A stretch of DNA of 64,000 bases from Promethearchaeota archaeon. Its GTDB lineage: Archaea; Asgardarchaeota; Lokiarchaeia; Sigyniarchaeales; SOKP01. How positions within the stretch are numbered: the stretch's first letter is position 1; every line of letters starts with the position of its first letter. The notes below the pieces were generated by a model that searched no databases, was not told where the DNA came from, and was given only the letters and a program-made list of their open reading frames with translations. Positions 7,375 to 17,693 of the stretch are shown one piece after another. Made by a program: the position numbers and the translations under genes. Where the stretch lies: NCBI GenBank assembly GCA_019894715.1, contig JAGXOA010000008.1:6710-70709 (forward strand), read 5' to 3'.

Positions 7375-8556
7375 TTAGGAATCAAAAATTATTTGGTTCC
7401 CACAGTATCTACACGCTTTTATTTCTTTATACATTTTCTCAAGACATGGTTTATGATAATATGAATTACAATTTTCACATTGAAAAACATCATAATCTCC
7501 TAAAAATATACTATGACAATATGAACAAGACGCATCTATATTTGTGATTTTTTCTTTCCTGACAAAAATCATTTTAGTATTATTATCCTCAAGATCTTCA
7601 ATTATCTTAATTTTTTGTGTATTTTTTTCGTATTCACTAATAATTTTTACCATCGATATTGGAACTCTCAATAGAAAATAACAAAAAGGACATCGGAATA
7701 CATTATTTTTAAACTCTGTTTTTCTAGCCCATAATGCAGCGCAAGATAGATGCATAGGATGTTCACATGATGGACAATATCGTCCTTCAGAGAAGAAATC
7801 CGCAGATGTTAAAGGGGATTTATTGGAATGACATATTTGACATTTTTCTTGCACTGATCTTTGATTAGTTATCATTATTCTTATTTCCATTATGGTAGGG
7901 CGCCTAAGAGGTAATGAAATTTCGTTAAGAAGTGGAGGAATTTCTTTCTTTTTATTAGGTGAAAAGTAATCTGAAGTTTTTTTAAGATTTTTCTTAGAAG
8001 CAAATGCTTTTCCTGCATTTATTATTGCTTTAACATTACTGAAAAATCCAAATTCTCCTCCGGTGATTTTTGAAATTTTTCTCAATATGTTGTTTTGAAA
8101 ATTTTTTGATAGTCCAATTTGACAAGTATCAACAACAATACCTAATCCCTTGGCAATATCAATAATTCTATCTATTTTTTTACTTGCTTCTATTTTATTA
8201 TCACTTATAATTATAATTCTAGAAACTTTTCCGCCAATCTTTCGCATTTCTTCTACTAAAATTTGTAGAGCAAACGATATGGCATCGTGTAAAACACCAT
8301 TTCCAGAAATATGGATCTTATCTAAAGCTTTTAATAGTAATGTAGCATTGTTGGAAAAAGGGCTTAACTTTTGAGTTATCTTTCCAAAACATAAAACTGA
8401 AATCCTATCTTTTGGATCTATCAAGAACTTGTTTTGTATCAGATTTGAAACCATTTTTTTGGCGATTGATAATCTATTTGGTTTAAAATCGCTTCTTAAC
8501 ATTGATCTTGAAGAATCTATTAGTATAACTGTATCTTCTATTTTAATTTCTTCCAA
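7375..8556 (-). CDS. vWA-domain protein with two C-terminal Cys/His zinc modules (TFIIH p44/Ssl1-like architecture)
   Basis: N-terminal MIDAS VILIDSSRSMLRSDFKPNRL (the DxSxS...D-x-KPNRL signature of Ssl1/p44 and Rpn10-type vWA domains), then ITGGEF. Zn modules are CQICHS..CPSCEHPMHLSC..FRCPFC and CSYCHS..FQCENCNSYYHKPC..CRYCGN. Confidence 0.7.
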   Translation of the reverse strand: MEEIKIEDTVILIDSSRSMLRSDFKPNRLSIAKKMVSNLIQNKFLIDPKDRISVLCFGKITQKLSPFSNNATLLLKALDKIHISGNGVLHDAISFALQILVEEMRKIGGKVSRIIIISDNKIEASKKIDRIIDIAKGLGIVVDTCQIGLSKNFQNNILRKISKITGGEFGFFSNVKAIINAGKAFASKKNLKKTSDYFSPNKKKEIPPLLNEISLPLRRPTIMEIRIMITNQRSVQEKCQICHSNKSPLTSADFFSEGRYCPSCEHPMHLSCAALWARKTEFKNNVFRCPFCYFLLRVPISMVKIISEYEKNTQKIKIIEDLEDNNTKMIFVRKEKITNIDASCSYCHSIFLGDYDVFQCENCNSYYHKPCLEKMYKEIKACRYCGNQIIFDS

Positions 8557-8663
8557 TTTTTTTCTTGCCTTAAAATTTGTTTATATATGGGAGGAGGATA
8601 ATTATTATTGTTTCTATTGGTTTATATTTATTAATAAATCTCTATAAATTTTTGTATAATTCA

Positions 8664-8835
8664 AAAAAGAATTTTACTATTTAGATGAATGACATAGTTA
8701 TTCTATAAACTAACAACCTCCTATTATTTATATCTCTATAATTTCAATAAAAACATAGGTTGAAGAACCATCTTGTATTCTCTAATATCATATTAGGGAG
8801 TACGAATCTACTACCTTTAGGTAGTGATAGTTCAA
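8664..8835 (-). repeat. Family-B hairpin-ended repeat, copy B-8
   Basis: The reverse complement reads TTGAACTATCACTACCTAAAGGTAGTAGATTCGTACTCCCTAATATGATATTAGAGAATAC...GATATAAATAATAGGAGG. It is colinear with 48684-48830. It lies about 70 nt past the stop of the co-oriented peptidase gene. Confidence 0.75.
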
Positions 8836-8907
8836 ATGTTATTTTAAATATATCTTGATCTACTATGATTTAAAACTTATTTATAGAATAAAGATAAATT
8901 GATTCTA

Positions 8908-10290
8908 CTACAATATATTTTCTTTTTTTTTTAGAAAATTATATGCAAATAAAGCATATACTTTTATTGAATTTATAAAATCATTCAATTCAATTGATTC
9001 ATTACTAGCATGAGCTAATGACGCGTTACCTGGCCCAAATAAGATCGTTTTTTCACAATAATTAGAATTCCTATAGTACACAGCATCTGAACAAGCAGGA
9101 AAAAGAAAATAATATGGTTTTTGTAAATATATCTTATTGACGATGTTATAAAATAGTTTTATTTCTTCAGAATCTCTCCAATTTTTCCAATAAGATGCTT
9201 CTTTGTCTAAAAGAATATCATAATCAAAAAAGATATCATTCTCACCTTCTATTTGATCTTTCATTTTATATCCACATTCATTAATTATTCTTCTTATAGC
9301 ACTAATAATATCTTCAGTTTTTTGTAAAGGTAATAATCTAAAATCCATAGTTATCTCACATATATTAGGTATCACGTTGTCTTTTATTCCACCTTTTATG
9401 ATGGTTACGCTTTTAGTAAGTGTTGTAAATACTTTTATAAAATTTTGTATTAGAGGTTGTTCATTATAAAATTTTATAAAAGCTTGTTCATCTGGAAATG
9501 TTACCGAAACTAATTGTTTTAATTCATCTAGTGTTATTGGCGGATTTACTTTTGGGATATAGTCATCTATTTTATCAATATTATTAATAAGATCATTTAT
9601 CATATATATTGCATTCTTTCCCATAGCAGGGAAGGAAGAATGGGATGAAATACCATTAGCAATAATTCTTATCTGTAAATGGCCTCTTTCTCCAAAAATT
9701 ATTGATTTTGGAAGAGGTTTAAAGCCAGTTGGCTCTCCAATTACAGTAAAATTACAATCTATGGAATTAGAGATATTTTTAATAATCCATTCTGTACCCT
9801 CATCTCCTATTGTTTCTTCATCTGCTACACTATGTAATATTAGATTTCCATCTAATTTTATATTTAAAGATTTCAAAACCTTTAGAGAAATAATCATTGC
9901 TGCTAAACCACCTTTCATATCAGTAGATCCTCTACCATAAATATATTTGTTCCTTTTTATTTCTCCAGAGAGAGGATGATATTTCCATTCTGAAACATTT
10001 CCAGATGGTACAACGTCCATATGCCCATTAAAAATAAGATTTTTGAATTTAAAATTATTGTTTAGATAGGCTACTAGATTGGCTCGATTGTTACCGAATT
10101 TAAATATTTCATTTTTAATACCATCCTTATCTAAATAATTTTTTATTATTTTTGCTAGATTTAATTCATTTCCAGGAGGATTATAAGAATCTGTTTGTAT
10201 TAAATTTACTAAAAAATCAATAAATTCTTCTCTTTTATCGTCTATATATTCTTTTATTAATTCTTCTGTCATTTCTCTAGGATTCAACAT
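8908..10290 (-). CDS. M20-family metallopeptidase (ArgE/DapE/acetylornithine deacetylase-like)
   Basis: Motifs FNGHMDVVP, GRGSTDMKGG, HSVADEETIG and ERGH. Confidence 0.8.
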   Translation of the reverse strand: MLNPREMTEELIKEYIDDKREEFIDFLVNLIQTDSYNPPGNELNLAKIIKNYLDKDGIKNEIFKFGNNRANLVAYLNNNFKFKNLIFNGHMDVVPSGNVSEWKYHPLSGEIKRNKYIYGRGSTDMKGGLAAMIISLKVLKSLNIKLDGNLILHSVADEETIGDEGTEWIIKNISNSIDCNFTVIGEPTGFKPLPKSIIFGERGHLQIRIIANGISSHSSFPAMGKNAIYMINDLINNIDKIDDYIPKVNPPITLDELKQLVSVTFPDEQAFIKFYNEQPLIQNFIKVFTTLTKSVTIIKGGIKDNVIPNICEITMDFRLLPLQKTEDIISAIRRIINECGYKMKDQIEGENDIFFDYDILLDKEASYWKNWRDSEEIKLFYNIVNKIYLQKPYYFLFPACSDAVYYRNSNYCEKTILFGPGNASLAHASNESIELNDFINSIKVYALFAYNFLKKKENIL

Positions 10291-10439
10291 TATATCAATC
10301 TTATTTTATTTATATCAATTGATTATTTTTAAAAATTCTCTTAGGAATGTATATTTTTAATAAATTTAAAAAATTTAGGAAATTTTAATATTATTAAATT
10401 ATTTAATTAATAAAAAATAAGCTACAAATGGTTATTTGA

Positions 10440-13400
10440 TTGCTTTATCACAAAAAACAACTAAGAAATAAAATAGTTACTTGTATCGTTATTTCTATTT
10501 TTCTGATATCCAGTTTCTCAATTTTTAATTTTTCAGGAACTAATATAGAGAATAATGTTGATAGCGAAATTGATGGGCCTAATAATATATTATCTAGTGC
10601 TGCTTTTGATATTCCATTTATAGGAAGTGGAGATGATCAAGAAGGAAGACTTTATTTTGAAGAAAATTCTTCTTCATTAGGCAATAATAATGGACAATTC
10701 AATATTCCAGCGCCTGCGACAAATACATTTCTTGATTATGGAGATATGTATTTTGAATATGATGAAGATTATACAACAGAACATATAATAGAAGATCATG
10801 ATGCCTTAGGATTACCATTAGAAGATCAAATCAATTTTGGATGTACTAAACAAGGATCTGAGATGATAATAAACACTGGTACTATAGTTGGTGATTTTAA
10901 AAATGATTTATTTGGATTTGATAATAATTCATACGTAACTATTACATCAGATGGTGCAGGTGAGATTGATTTTACAATAGATTCAGACTTTTTCGGCACA
11001 TCTTTTGAAACAATAAATTACGGGACAAAGGACTTTGTTAAGGAAGAAATACTGGGATTTATTATGATTTTATCATATAATCTAACTGCTAATGCGGATT
11101 TAACAATTTCTATGTATGATGATTCTAATTCAAAATGGGTAAATGTAGTTAATCAACTTAGTCTATTAGCAGGTGGTCCAGATGAAATAAATAGATTAGT
11201 AGAAAGAATAGTAAACACAAATCTTAAATTTATTAATGGATCGGATTACAGCAATATTAATTTTCTATTTGAAGGCACTGGTACATATGATATTAGTTTA
11301 CATGAATTCAGTGTAAATGCGACTTATGCTTTTCAAGCTGATTTAGATTACCAATATCCATTAGCTTTAGAACTTGATATTAGAGGAAATAATACTCTTT
11401 TAAATGGATTTTATGCATGGATTAGAACTGTAAATTACTCTGCAGCAGAAACAACAGAATTAAACATAACACTTTATAAGTCAAATAAAAAAGTCATAAA
11501 TAGAAATAATCTTAATGCAGATGATGATGCGATTCCTAATACGCTTATATCAGATTATTCAATCTCATATGTAAACTACACAGAAGATAAAATAGATTAT
11601 TTTAAATTTGAAACAACTTTGAGATTAGATTTATATAATTATTTTATAAGAATAGATGTAAATAACTCTGATGTATATAAATTAGTTACTCTGGATTCTG
11701 ATGATGAAAGTTATGGAGACGATGAAGAAGATCATATTCTTAAAAGATATACAGGTACTTATTGGGAAAGAGTAAGAATAAATATAAATCCTGGTGTGAC
11801 ACCTTATACTACTGGATTTTTAGATGCAAGTAGTTTTAAACTTAATATAACCAGAGGTTATATGCCATCTGATTTTATTTATGATGATGTTCAAACTCAA
11901 AAAATAGATGGAATATCAGTTGAAGGTACAAATGATCCATATTTTGATTATAGTGTTGCTGATGGATATCAATGGGGCCTTGGAAAATGGAACAATACAT
12001 TTAATAATGCTATAACTAATGGAGGAAGTTCAGATTTTACTGTGACACTAACATGGAACAATAGTGAAATCATTGATTTTTACTTTGATGTCTTTTATTA
12101 TGTCAGAGCTTATTCAAAACATAATGTTGGTGCCCTTTATTCAACCTATTATAACGAAATCTCTGAATGGGCTTTCACTTTTACTGCTTCATTTAGTGGT
12201 TATACATGGGATTTTGTAGATTTATGGTTTGTCTATAATAAAAATTTTGAAAGCACATCTCTCTATACCCCACTTAATGGTACTGTAAATGCTTTAGAAG
12301 ACACTAATGGAGAACAAATTTTAAATAGCACTCATGACAAATTGATTCTTCCATATGAAATGGTAGAAGAAATTGATGGCGTCTACGAACTTAATACAAC
12401 GAGTTATAATGCTATTGATAAAGTTTATAGTTATCTTGATTATAGTGGCAATTTATGGGAAAACCAAGGTTTTATGAATGGAGATGTTATGAAAATAGGA
12501 GCGGACATAAGAGGAGATGAAAGAATAGCACCTAATAATGGTGATATTAATGCTACATTGTATTTTCCTGATGGATCTATCTATATTTATGATTTAGATT
12601 TGACAGGAACATTATCAAGTAATGGAGAAATTCTTTCATATACCTTCAATAATGACGTTTTTCTAAATGTAGATCATCCAACAACTCATAGTGGAACATA
12701 TAATCTTGGTATGATATGGAATAATGGAACCTCAATTGGATGTAAAAGTATCCCTATTTATTTTGATGAATACAATATTACCTTTGGAGATTTAACATTT
12801 AATCAAGATTTAGATTATAATCTACTAAGTCTTGAAGAAATTTCAAAAATTACAGATTTGGATTCAAGAGATCCGCAAGAATATGATTTATATCTTGCTT
12901 CAATAAATCAGACATCTAGTTTTCCTGCAGATTTCTATGCAATAAATAATTCAGAAATTAATCAAGAATATATTTATGAGAGTTATATTGGCGACTTAAC
13001 AATTAATCTTCAATCATTTTTACAAAACGAGTCAATAATAAATCCTGATGAAAATATCAAATTCAAAATTACATTAGAAAATCGGGATCCTATTATAGAT
13101 ATAAATCTTAAGGTATCAGTCGAACTTGTCTCATTATTAAATAATCAATGGATTATTGCTAATGATACTTCTCCAACTCAAGTTTTAAAACAATCTGGAG
13201 ATCCAAATGGTGATAATATCAAAGATTTTATGATAGATTTTAATATACCTATAATACAAGCAGGGGGAATTTGGGATGGCGTTAATGCACCTATCCGAAT
13301 GGGTGGTGCTAAAGCTATTGTAAAGATTTTTCTAGATGATGAAATAATTGGAATATATGAATGTCCTGATTATGCTTTACTTGTTGAAGAAACTGAGGAC

Positions 13401-14534
13401 CTTTTTGAAGGTTATATTATTTCATTAAAAAGTTCTTTATCATCTAAAGCTATAGCATTTGAAAAGATTTTTAATAGAGAAGATTGCACATATAATCCAC
13501 AAAATACTGTTATTTTATTAAATATCATAGACAAAAATTCTTTAAGCTCTTACAGCCCATTTTTATTGAATCAAACGTTAAATGAAGCAAGTAAATTTAC
13601 AGAAGTCACAATTACTCCAGAATTACCTACAAAAGGAAATGAATTTAATATCAGTTCTATTCTTACCTCTGAATTTGGTACACCTATTAGTGGTGTAGAA
13701 ATAATATGTCAATATAATAATTCAGGAATATGGACAAATATAACAGACTCACCAAAAACATCTGATTCTATAGGTTATACTAAATTTACAATAGATACAG
13801 AAGGATTGGGTATTGGAGAAAATAACATAACTATCAAACTAAAGTGGCAAGGCACAAGTCTTTATTTAAACGAAACACATGAATTAACAATAGATTTCTT
13901 TTCATTTACAGATTTACTTTTAGTTAGAGCAGGAATTCAAGGATCTACCATCGTTAGAAATAAAAAAAATTATTTACAAATAGAATTTACTAATATTGGA
14001 GATTCTATACTAAATATAACAGATATAACCCTTGATTTTACTGACTCTGGAATTATACCACCATACGAAATAGTTGAACAAAATCTAAATTTACTTTATG
14101 AACTTAGATCAGGTGAATCTACATTAGTAACGATTGAGATTGCATTTCAAAATATAGCAACTGATATATTATCTTTTAATATTTCAATTACAACTAAAAA
14201 TATTGAGACTGATTTAGAATATAGTAATAACTTGACTATAATAGCAGCTGTTTTAGACAAATCTGTATTTGAAGATATAATCAAGCTAATAATGATCCCT
14301 ATTATACTTCTTATTGGATTAATATGGGTTGCTGGATTATTATATTCATTCCGCCTAAAGAAGAAAATTGAAAAACCTGTCGAGAAAGAAGATAAAAGGA
14401 AGCCACGAAAAGGTAGGTATGTAAAAGTTTCTGAAATATCTAAGAAAACACCTCAAAAAGAAGAAAAGACACCAGAAAAGAAGAAAACTACGGACTTAGA
14501 CTCATTACTAGAAGAAGAAGGATTAGAAGATTAA
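10440..14534 (+). CDS. giant secreted/surface protein with N-terminal signal anchor and C-terminal TM anchor plus Lys-rich tail
   Basis: 1364 aa. N-terminal IVTCIVISIFLISSFSIFNF. C-terminal IKLIMIPIILLIGLIWVAGLLYSF followed by RLKKKIEKPVEKEDKRKPRKGR. Many N-x-S/T sequons. Confidence 0.7.
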   Translation: MLYHKKQLRNKIVTCIVISIFLISSFSIFNFSGTNIENNVDSEIDGPNNILSSAAFDIPFIGSGDDQEGRLYFEENSSSLGNNNGQFNIPAPATNTFLDYGDMYFEYDEDYTTEHIIEDHDALGLPLEDQINFGCTKQGSEMIINTGTIVGDFKNDLFGFDNNSYVTITSDGAGEIDFTIDSDFFGTSFETINYGTKDFVKEEILGFIMILSYNLTANADLTISMYDDSNSKWVNVVNQLSLLAGGPDEINRLVERIVNTNLKFINGSDYSNINFLFEGTGTYDISLHEFSVNATYAFQADLDYQYPLALELDIRGNNTLLNGFYAWIRTVNYSAAETTELNITLYKSNKKVINRNNLNADDDAIPNTLISDYSISYVNYTEDKIDYFKFETTLRLDLYNYFIRIDVNNSDVYKLVTLDSDDESYGDDEEDHILKRYTGTYWERVRININPGVTPYTTGFLDASSFKLNITRGYMPSDFIYDDVQTQKIDGISVEGTNDPYFDYSVADGYQWGLGKWNNTFNNAITNGGSSDFTVTLTWNNSEIIDFYFDVFYYVRAYSKHNVGALYSTYYNEISEWAFTFTASFSGYTWDFVDLWFVYNKNFESTSLYTPLNGTVNALEDTNGEQILNSTHDKLILPYEMVEEIDGVYELNTTSYNAIDKVYSYLDYSGNLWENQGFMNGDVMKIGADIRGDERIAPNNGDINATLYFPDGSIYIYDLDLTGTLSSNGEILSYTFNNDVFLNVDHPTTHSGTYNLGMIWNNGTSIGCKSIPIYFDEYNITFGDLTFNQDLDYNLLSLEEISKITDLDSRDPQEYDLYLASINQTSSFPADFYAINNSEINQEYIYESYIGDLTINLQSFLQNESIINPDENIKFKITLENRDPIIDINLKVSVELVSLLNNQWIIANDTSPTQVLKQSGDPNGDNIKDFMIDFNIPIIQAGGIWDGVNAPIRMGGAKAIVKIFLDDEIIGIYECPDYALLVEETEDLFEGYIISLKSSLSSKAIAFEKIFNREDCTYNPQNTVILLNIIDKNSLSSYSPFLLNQTLNEASKFTEVTITPELPTKGNEFNISSILTSEFGTPISGVEIICQYNNSGIWTNITDSPKTSDSIGYTKFTIDTEGLGIGENNITIKLKWQGTSLYLNETHELTIDFFSFTDLLLVRAGIQGSTIVRNKKNYLQIEFTNIGDSILNITDITLDFTDSGIIPPYEIVEQNLNLLYELRSGESTLVTIEIAFQNIATDILSFNISITTKNIETDLEYSNNLTIIAAVLDKSVFEDIIKLIMIPIILLIGLIWVAGLLYSFRLKKKIEKPVEKEDKRKPRKGRYVKVSEISKKTPQKEEKTPEKKKTTDLDSLLEEEGLED

Positions 14535-14701
14535 TCCTAATTTTTCAATTTTAACTTTATTTTTATTATTATTATTTTTTCAAAAATCTTATTTTATAGA
14601 TATTACATTAAAAAATAATTATTATTGAAATTCTCTGAATGAAATGAATTTTCTACATTATAAAATACTTTGAAATTCCGTAAAAAATAGAAAAATAAAA
14701 A

Positions 14702-15061
14702 TTATAATTTTGAAATTGATGTTAAATTTCTCTTAAGTAGACCCAAAGATGCTCTACCATCAACACCTGCAAGAGCGACCAATACAAGTTTTTTAGATCC
14801 TACTAAAACAGCAAAACCCTCTTCTAATTCAATAGTAGTGTTTTTAATTATACCTTTTTTAATATCATTCCCTAAAACATTAGAATCATTTAAAATTTGG
14901 GTACAAGCTTTTGCTATTTTTGAGTGATTCATATCTGTAAGAGTTTGTCCTATAATCACTTTTCCACTGGGATCAGCAGCTATTAATCCTTCACATTCTG
15001 GAACTAAATCCATTAATTCTGCTAATTTTTGTTCAATTACTTGTTTACTCATAATTCTCAA
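14702..15061 (-). CDS. Roadblock/LC7 (MglB-like) domain protein
   Basis: 119 aa. Family-typical pattern ..CEGLIAADPSGKVIIGQTL...GFAVLVGSKKLVLVALAG. Confidence 0.65.
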   Translation of the reverse strand: MRIMSKQVIEQKLAELMDLVPECEGLIAADPSGKVIIGQTLTDMNHSKIAKACTQILNDSNVLGNDIKKGIIKNTTIELEEGFAVLVGSKKLVLVALAGVDGRASLGLLKRNLTSISKL

Positions 15062-15211
15062 GTATCCTTTTTAGAAATTTAAAATAGTAATTTATTTAAC
15101 TTAATTATATATATCACCATAAAAAATATTAAATTTATTAAATCTTGCTAAAAAATAGGATTCAAATATTTACTGTATTTTTTATAAAACATTGATACAA
15201 TTAATTCCAAA

Positions 15212-15510
15212 TTGAACTACCACTCCCTAAAGGGGGATGGATTCCTTCTTGCTTGAAAATTATCCAAAAAGATTCTGAAGAATCTCTTTAGGTCTTACAT
15301 TATCTCCAAAAGCGTGGTTTCCCGTTGTCCCAACGATAGATGTATCATCATGTATGATTGTGTGATATATCTCTCTTTTTGCAATATTCTAATTCCTTCC
15401 TCAATTAGATTAAGGGAAGTATTTTCATCCTATCATTACAATGCTGTGTTTTTCTAATTTTTTTAAAATCATGCTTAATTCATAACTCCCATAAATGGAG
15501 GTGTTTTCTT
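15212..15510 (+). repeat. Family-B hairpin-ended repeat, copy B-15
   Basis: Starts TTGAACTACCACTCCCTAAAGGGGGATGGATTCC. Ends AACTCCCATAAATGGAGGTGTTTTCTT. The interior differs from other copies. Confidence 0.6.
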
Positions 15511-15602
15511 AAGCATTCATGATAAAAAAAAGACTTATTATTCATAATTAGGATTGATTTCTAACAAAAACAAAAAGAGCTTAAAAGAGAAAGATGAATG
15601 AA

Positions 15603-15887
15603 TTATTTTAAGATAATGAGAATCAAATTGGCTTCTAAAGCAATCATTATTTCTCCTTTTCCAGTTTCTAACCGAATGAACTTTAATGATCCTTCTTTTA
15701 AAGCTGTAACAACTTGCTTTCCTTTGCCTATTAAAGATGTAACAAAAGCAGATATTTCTTCAGTCACATCTATCTCAAGATTTGATTTAATAGGAAGACC
15801 ACTTGAATCGCAAATAATAACTCCTCGTACTCCTTCCTTATCTTCAAACCTTCGGATAATAGCCTTTACTTCATTAACATCAATCAA
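15603..15887 (-). CDS. Roadblock/LC7 domain protein
   Basis: 94 aa. VRGVIICDSSGLPIKSN...ISAFVTSLIGKGKQVV...IRLETGKGEIMIA is a classic Roadblock pattern. The overlapping plus-strand ORF 15598-15918 is its shadow. Confidence 0.75.
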   Translation of the reverse strand: MIDVNEVKAIIRRFEDKEGVRGVIICDSSGLPIKSNLEIDVTEEISAFVTSLIGKGKQVVTALKEGSLKFIRLETGKGEIMIALEANLILIILK

Positions 15888-16094
15888 TTTAATTTCTCAC
15901 AATATTGTAATTATTTAATAATAATAATAATAAATTCACTCTTTAAAAATTATTGTATAACTTATTGTTTATTATTTAATCAAAACAGAGAATATGACAT
16001 ATATTATCAAATATTTCAAATGGTATTATGTTTTATTTTATTAGTTAATCAAATACATATTTTTATGAGTTGAATCATGTATGATATTTCCGAT

Positions 16095-16727
16095 TCATAA
16101 AAAATATTTTCGAAATAAATTGAATTGTTTTTCTTCTCTGACACTTGTAGCCCCCATATGTCCTGGAAATATTATAAAATTATCTGTAATTTCAGGATTA
16201 TCAATTATTTTAGTTTTGATGCTCTTAAAAATTTGTACTTGATTACCTCCTTCTATATCTGTACGACCAATACTTCTTCGAAATAATAGATCTCCAGTAA
16301 ATAAAATCCCGTCAATTTTCACATTTTTATAGCTATTTACATCATTAGAATAGAAAGATAATGATCCGGGAGAATGTCCAGGTGTTTCCAATATTTTCAG
16401 ACTAATATTACCTATGTTTATTTTTTCATTGTCTTTCAACCATTGATCTGCCTTTTTTATATTAAAAAGTCCAGAATCATATTCCTTTTTACAATACATC
16501 AGAGGAATTTCAAATTCTTTCTTTATTTTATTAACTTTAAATATATGGTCAAAATGACCGTGAGTTAGTAATAATCCAATTGGTTTTAAATCTAGATTAT
16601 CAATCTTGTTAATTATTATTTTTGAATCTCCTCCAGGATCAATAATGATGACTTCTTTAGTTAAGTCACTTCCAAAAATATAACAATTAGTACCAAGGGG
16701 ACCTACAATAAGTTTCTCTAATACCAT
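16095..16727 (-). CDS. MBL-fold metallo-hydrolase (glyoxalase II-like)
   Basis: Motifs LLLTHGHFDH, TPGHSPGS, FTGDLLF and PGH. Confidence 0.8.
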   Translation of the reverse strand: MVLEKLIVGPLGTNCYIFGSDLTKEVIIIDPGGDSKIIINKIDNLDLKPIGLLLTHGHFDHIFKVNKIKKEFEIPLMYCKKEYDSGLFNIKKADQWLKDNEKINIGNISLKILETPGHSPGSLSFYSNDVNSYKNVKIDGILFTGDLLFRRSIGRTDIEGGNQVQIFKSIKTKIIDNPEITDNFIIFPGHMGATSVREEKQFNLFRKYFL

Positions 16728-16846
16728 GATAAATATTTATTTGAAAATTATATAACAATATCTTTAAAAAGTAATATAAAGAATAAAAATTATTGAATTA
16801 CAAGTTTAATAATTATAATTTCACATTTTACAATGTTATACAAATT

Positions 16847-17635
16847 ATGAATCTAAAAGTAGCTATTGCACAAATAAAAATTCAAGATGGTAATAAAGAG
16901 AAGAATTTAGACAACGCTTTGTCTATATTAAATTTTTTAAAAAACCAACAGATAATTCCCGATATAGTTTGTTTCCCAGAATTATTTACAACTGGTTATG
17001 ATTTAGAAAATTTAAAAATGCATGCAGAAGAATTCCCTGGTGAAACATTTCATAAAATTATATCAATTTCAAAAAATAATTTTATCGTAATAGGTTCGAT
17101 AATTGAATCTAAAAATAATAAATATTTTAATACTGCTTTTATTTTAGGAAAAAATGGTCAATTATTAGGTAAATATAGGAAAGTTCATCTTTTTTCACCA
17201 ATGTTTGAAAAAGATTTTCTAACTCAAGGAAATTCTATAGGTACTTTTAAAATTTTAGAATTAAAAAATATAAAAATAGGATTGGGGATATGTTATGATC
17301 TAAGATTCCCAGAAATTTTTAGAAAAATGGCTTTAAATGGAGCCAAATTAATTATTCTTCCTTCTGAGTTTCCAATACCTAAAAGTGAGATCTGGAAAAC
17401 TTTAATCAAAGCAAGAGCAATTGAAAATCAAATATATATGATTGGAGTTAATCGAGTAGGAAAAGGAAGATCAAATTCATTTTTTGGAAACTCTATGGTG
17501 ACTAATGGTAATACTCATCAAATCCTAGGATCAACAGAAGAAATAAGGATCTTTAATTTGGATTTAACCAGCCTAAAAGAAATAAGAGGAGAACTACCTT
17601 TATTAAACGATCGTAGAAAGGATTTATACGATTAA
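16847..17635 (+). CDS. carbon-nitrogen hydrolase (nitrilase superfamily)
   Basis: Preferred ATG at 16847 (MNLKVAIAQ); the track ORF opens at 16793. Catalytic-triad context: FPELF (Glu), YRKVHLF (Lys), GLGICYDLRFPE (Cys). Confidence 0.8.
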   Translation: MNLKVAIAQIKIQDGNKEKNLDNALSILNFLKNQQIIPDIVCFPELFTTGYDLENLKMHAEEFPGETFHKIISISKNNFIVIGSIIESKNNKYFNTAFILGKNGQLLGKYRKVHLFSPMFEKDFLTQGNSIGTFKILELKNIKIGLGICYDLRFPEIFRKMALNGAKLIILPSEFPIPKSEIWKTLIKARAIENQIYMIGVNRVGKGRSNSFFGNSMVTNGNTHQILGSTEEIRIFNLDLTSLKEIRGELPLLNDRRKDLYD

Positions 17636-17693
17636 AACAAGAATTTAATTCAGAAGGAACTAGATAATTAAAAAAAGGAAAAGATATTTAGAT

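Noticed and set aside
15598-15918. 106-aa plus-strand ORF overlapping the Roadblock gene
   Set aside because: It is fully antisense to 15603-15887, whose product has a clear Roadblock/LC7 pattern. The plus-strand translation is low-complexity (Ser/Ile/Pro-rich) with no motif, so it is a shadow ORF.
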